A stretch of DNA of 63,988 nucleotides, counting the filler, from Dimargaris cristalligena (taxonomy: Eukaryota): NCBI GenBank assembly GCA_003614675.1. It is 3 parts of 3 records of this genome, joined end to end, with 100 filler letters (N's around TTAATTAATTAA, not from the genome) between each part and the next. Parts side by side here need not be neighbours in the genome. Positions count along the whole stretch, not along the records: positions 43,517 to 63,988 come from ML002698.1; 2 more parts are not named here. One strand, given 5' to 3'. Positions 62,130 through 63,988 of this stretch are shown here, one piece after another. The notes below the pieces were generated by a model that saw only the letters and a program-made list of their open reading frames with translations, had not been told where the DNA came from and ran no database searches. The position numbers and the translations under genes were made by a program. The stretch's first letter is position 1, and the number at the start of each line of letters is the position of its first letter.

Positions 62130-63988
62130 TGTTGGAAATTCATTTCCCCCGTCCCACTGATTCCATCTCTGTGATTGGCTCGTCCTATACTTGGGACTTT
62201 ACTATAGCCGTTACTATATCATCCTATAACTGGAACTTCGTCCTAATCATTATTACTGCTATTATTCAATTCAATAAAACCAACCGTGGGCATCTAGCTT
62301 TGCCCCTTGCGGTTCTTTCTCTCTTCTTTGAATTGTTTTAGTTGTATCTGAAGGCACTTGCATTTACCATCAAACTTATATTTCCAACAGGTTATGAGCC
62401 CTGGTGTGTTTCAAATAAACTAATCGTTTATACCTCAATCACAATATTCATTTACTATCCATCTACCAAACTGGATACTCATCTATCTACATTTCATTTT
62501 GAAATTCATTTATCTAACCATTCATCCATCCATCCCTTTCAAGTATCAATCTACCTTACAACCTACTCTTACAATGAGTTCTAAACTTTCTAAACTTAAC
62601 ATCCAACCCCGTCAGTTTGATGGTGATAACTATACTGCTTGGGCCCTATCTATGCGCCTATACCTGCAATCATCCGATCTTTGGGAGATTGTAGAAGATG
62701 GTTACAAACCAACCACCACTGACGATCCTAAAGGGAAAGCCTTAAACAAGCAGTACCTGAAGGATGATTAAATGGCTTCATTTATGCTCCATGCATCCAT
62801 GAATGACCAGTATGCGGACTCCCTCGATGGCAAACTGACGGCCAAAGAAATCTGGAAAACAATGGTGAATCGCTTCGCCAAACCACCTACGGCCAAAGTC
62901 CTAACTCTATACTCTGAGTTATATCGAATCCATCAGGGAAACCAATCCATCCATCAACTGGCCATGAAGATTCAATCTCTCGATGCGGAACTCAAGAAAT
63001 ACGACCTTACGAGTGACTAACAACTGACTCTCCTATTTCTACAGGCAGTGGATGAAAGATTCCACTTGACAGTCAGCCAATGGCATACCCGGGACCTGGA
63101 CTCTTTTGTTTTCGACAGTGTAGTTCAATCATTTATCGAGGCAGAACAATTCCTGGCCAATCGGGAGGCGACACCGAAAACAATGTTCGAGTCCGCCATG
63201 ACTGTAAAAACTAACCCGGGCAAGTTTAAAGGTAAGAAGGGTAAGAGTAAGGGGGTTAAAAACACACAAAAAGAGGGTGATACCTCATACTGTGCTATTC
63301 ATAAAACTAGTGGACACTCCACTGATGAATGTTTTCGAAACCCCCTGCATAAAGGGAAAAAGGAAAGCCAGGCTGAACAAGCCCAGCTAGTACTTAAAAT
63401 TCCTGAACATGCACTCAAAGTGAAGGATGGCAAATATCCGAAGTCAACTTGGTTTATTGACTCGGGTGCATCCTACCACTATTGCCCTGATCGTACTTTA
63501 TTTGATAATTATGTACAAGAAACTCGCCATTTAATATTGGCAGATGGAAAAGAGTTATCAATCTTGGGTTATGGGACAGTCAAGCTTGACATCCTAGATC
63601 CATCCAATAATACTCGCTGATTAACCCTATATAATGTGGGCCACTGCCCCACTTTGGGTTATAATCTACTTTCTGTACCAGCCAGTGATGAGAGGGGAAT
63701 TAAATTCACCTTCCATCAAGGCCGTTGTACCATTCAAGAGGGGAATACTCCCCTTCTCCAAGTCAACAAAATACACTCTTCATACCCTTTTTCAGTTAAA
63801 TATCCTCATACTTCAATGGCAAATTTAGCTATTGAAATTCCTAAACCTCCTTCCCTTTTGGAGGTCCATTATTCTCTTGGCCATATTAATTTCGATACCC
63901 TCAAGCAGGCTGCTAAAAATGGCATCATAAATGTTGACCAAAATTCTCTTTCTGATTATTTTAATTGTGAAGTTTGTATTTCAAAGGT
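62130..63988 (+). mobile_element. Ty1/copia LTR retrotransposon, 5' part: LTR 62130-62389, PBS 62390-62402, gag-pol from 62574, cut by the window end
   Basis: LTR TGTTGGAAA...TTTCCAACA; PBS GGTTATGAGCCCT; Gag FDGDNYTAW...LQSSDLWEIV; zinc knuckle CAIHKTSGHSTDEC; protease WFIDSGASYH; NLLSV; pre-integrase HYSLGH...CEVC (copia domain order). Confidence 0.93.
62574..63988 (+). pseudogene. Copia Gag-Pol reading frame with three in-frame stops
   Basis: One continuous frame with TAA 62769-62771, TAA 63018-63020 and TGA 63618-63620. The track ORFs 62499, 62772 and 63048 are pieces of it. Confidence 0.88.

Noticed and set aside
58534-63988. Stop-codon reassignment, readthrough or A-to-I restorative editing as an explanation for the in-frame stops
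   Set aside because: All three stop types occur internally and also end normal genes in this window. The copia contexts suggest Gln or Arg rather than Trp, so mutation is the simpler explanation.
1-63988. tRNA, rRNA, CRISPR arrays or prokaryotic defence systems
   Set aside because: None seen by eye; the DNA is eukaryotic and has no repeat-spacer structure.

Overview
Eukaryotic, fungal DNA: Zn2Cys6 and fungal-TF-domain genes, GT-AG introns, GC-rich exons. A WNK kinase points to an early-diverging, non-Dikarya lineage; a Zoopagomycota fungus such as Dimargaris is only my guess. The window is three contigs joined by artificial 100-nt N44-TTAATTAATTAA-N44 linkers (21665-21764, 43417-43516), so adjacency across them is meaningless. 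Contig 1: unknown gene (cut by the window edge), Nup107/Nup84, tubulin cofactor B, phosphoglycerate dehydrogenase, eIF3e, 11-exon bleomycin hydrolase, and the 3' half of a PDR ABC transporter. Contig 2: partial fungal TF, Lsm2, Zn2Cys6 TF, LIM-C1-RhoGAP, steroid 5-alpha reductase-like gene, a 4-TM protein, a secreted acidic protein and a partial rhodanese-domain phosphatase. Contig 3: small secreted repeat protein, U2AF small subunit, WNK kinase, rhomboid protease, then an AT-rich repeat zone. That zone holds two of three copies of a 136-bp MITE, a solo LTR, a Ty1/copia element with a half-tRNA-type primer site, and a gene missed by the ORF track that encodes a signal peptide plus three zinc fingers in one frame broken by nonsense codons. 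The best leads are the secreted zinc-finger (candidate nucleus-acting effector) architecture and a possible transition-biased, repeat-localised mutation process (RIP- or methylation-like).
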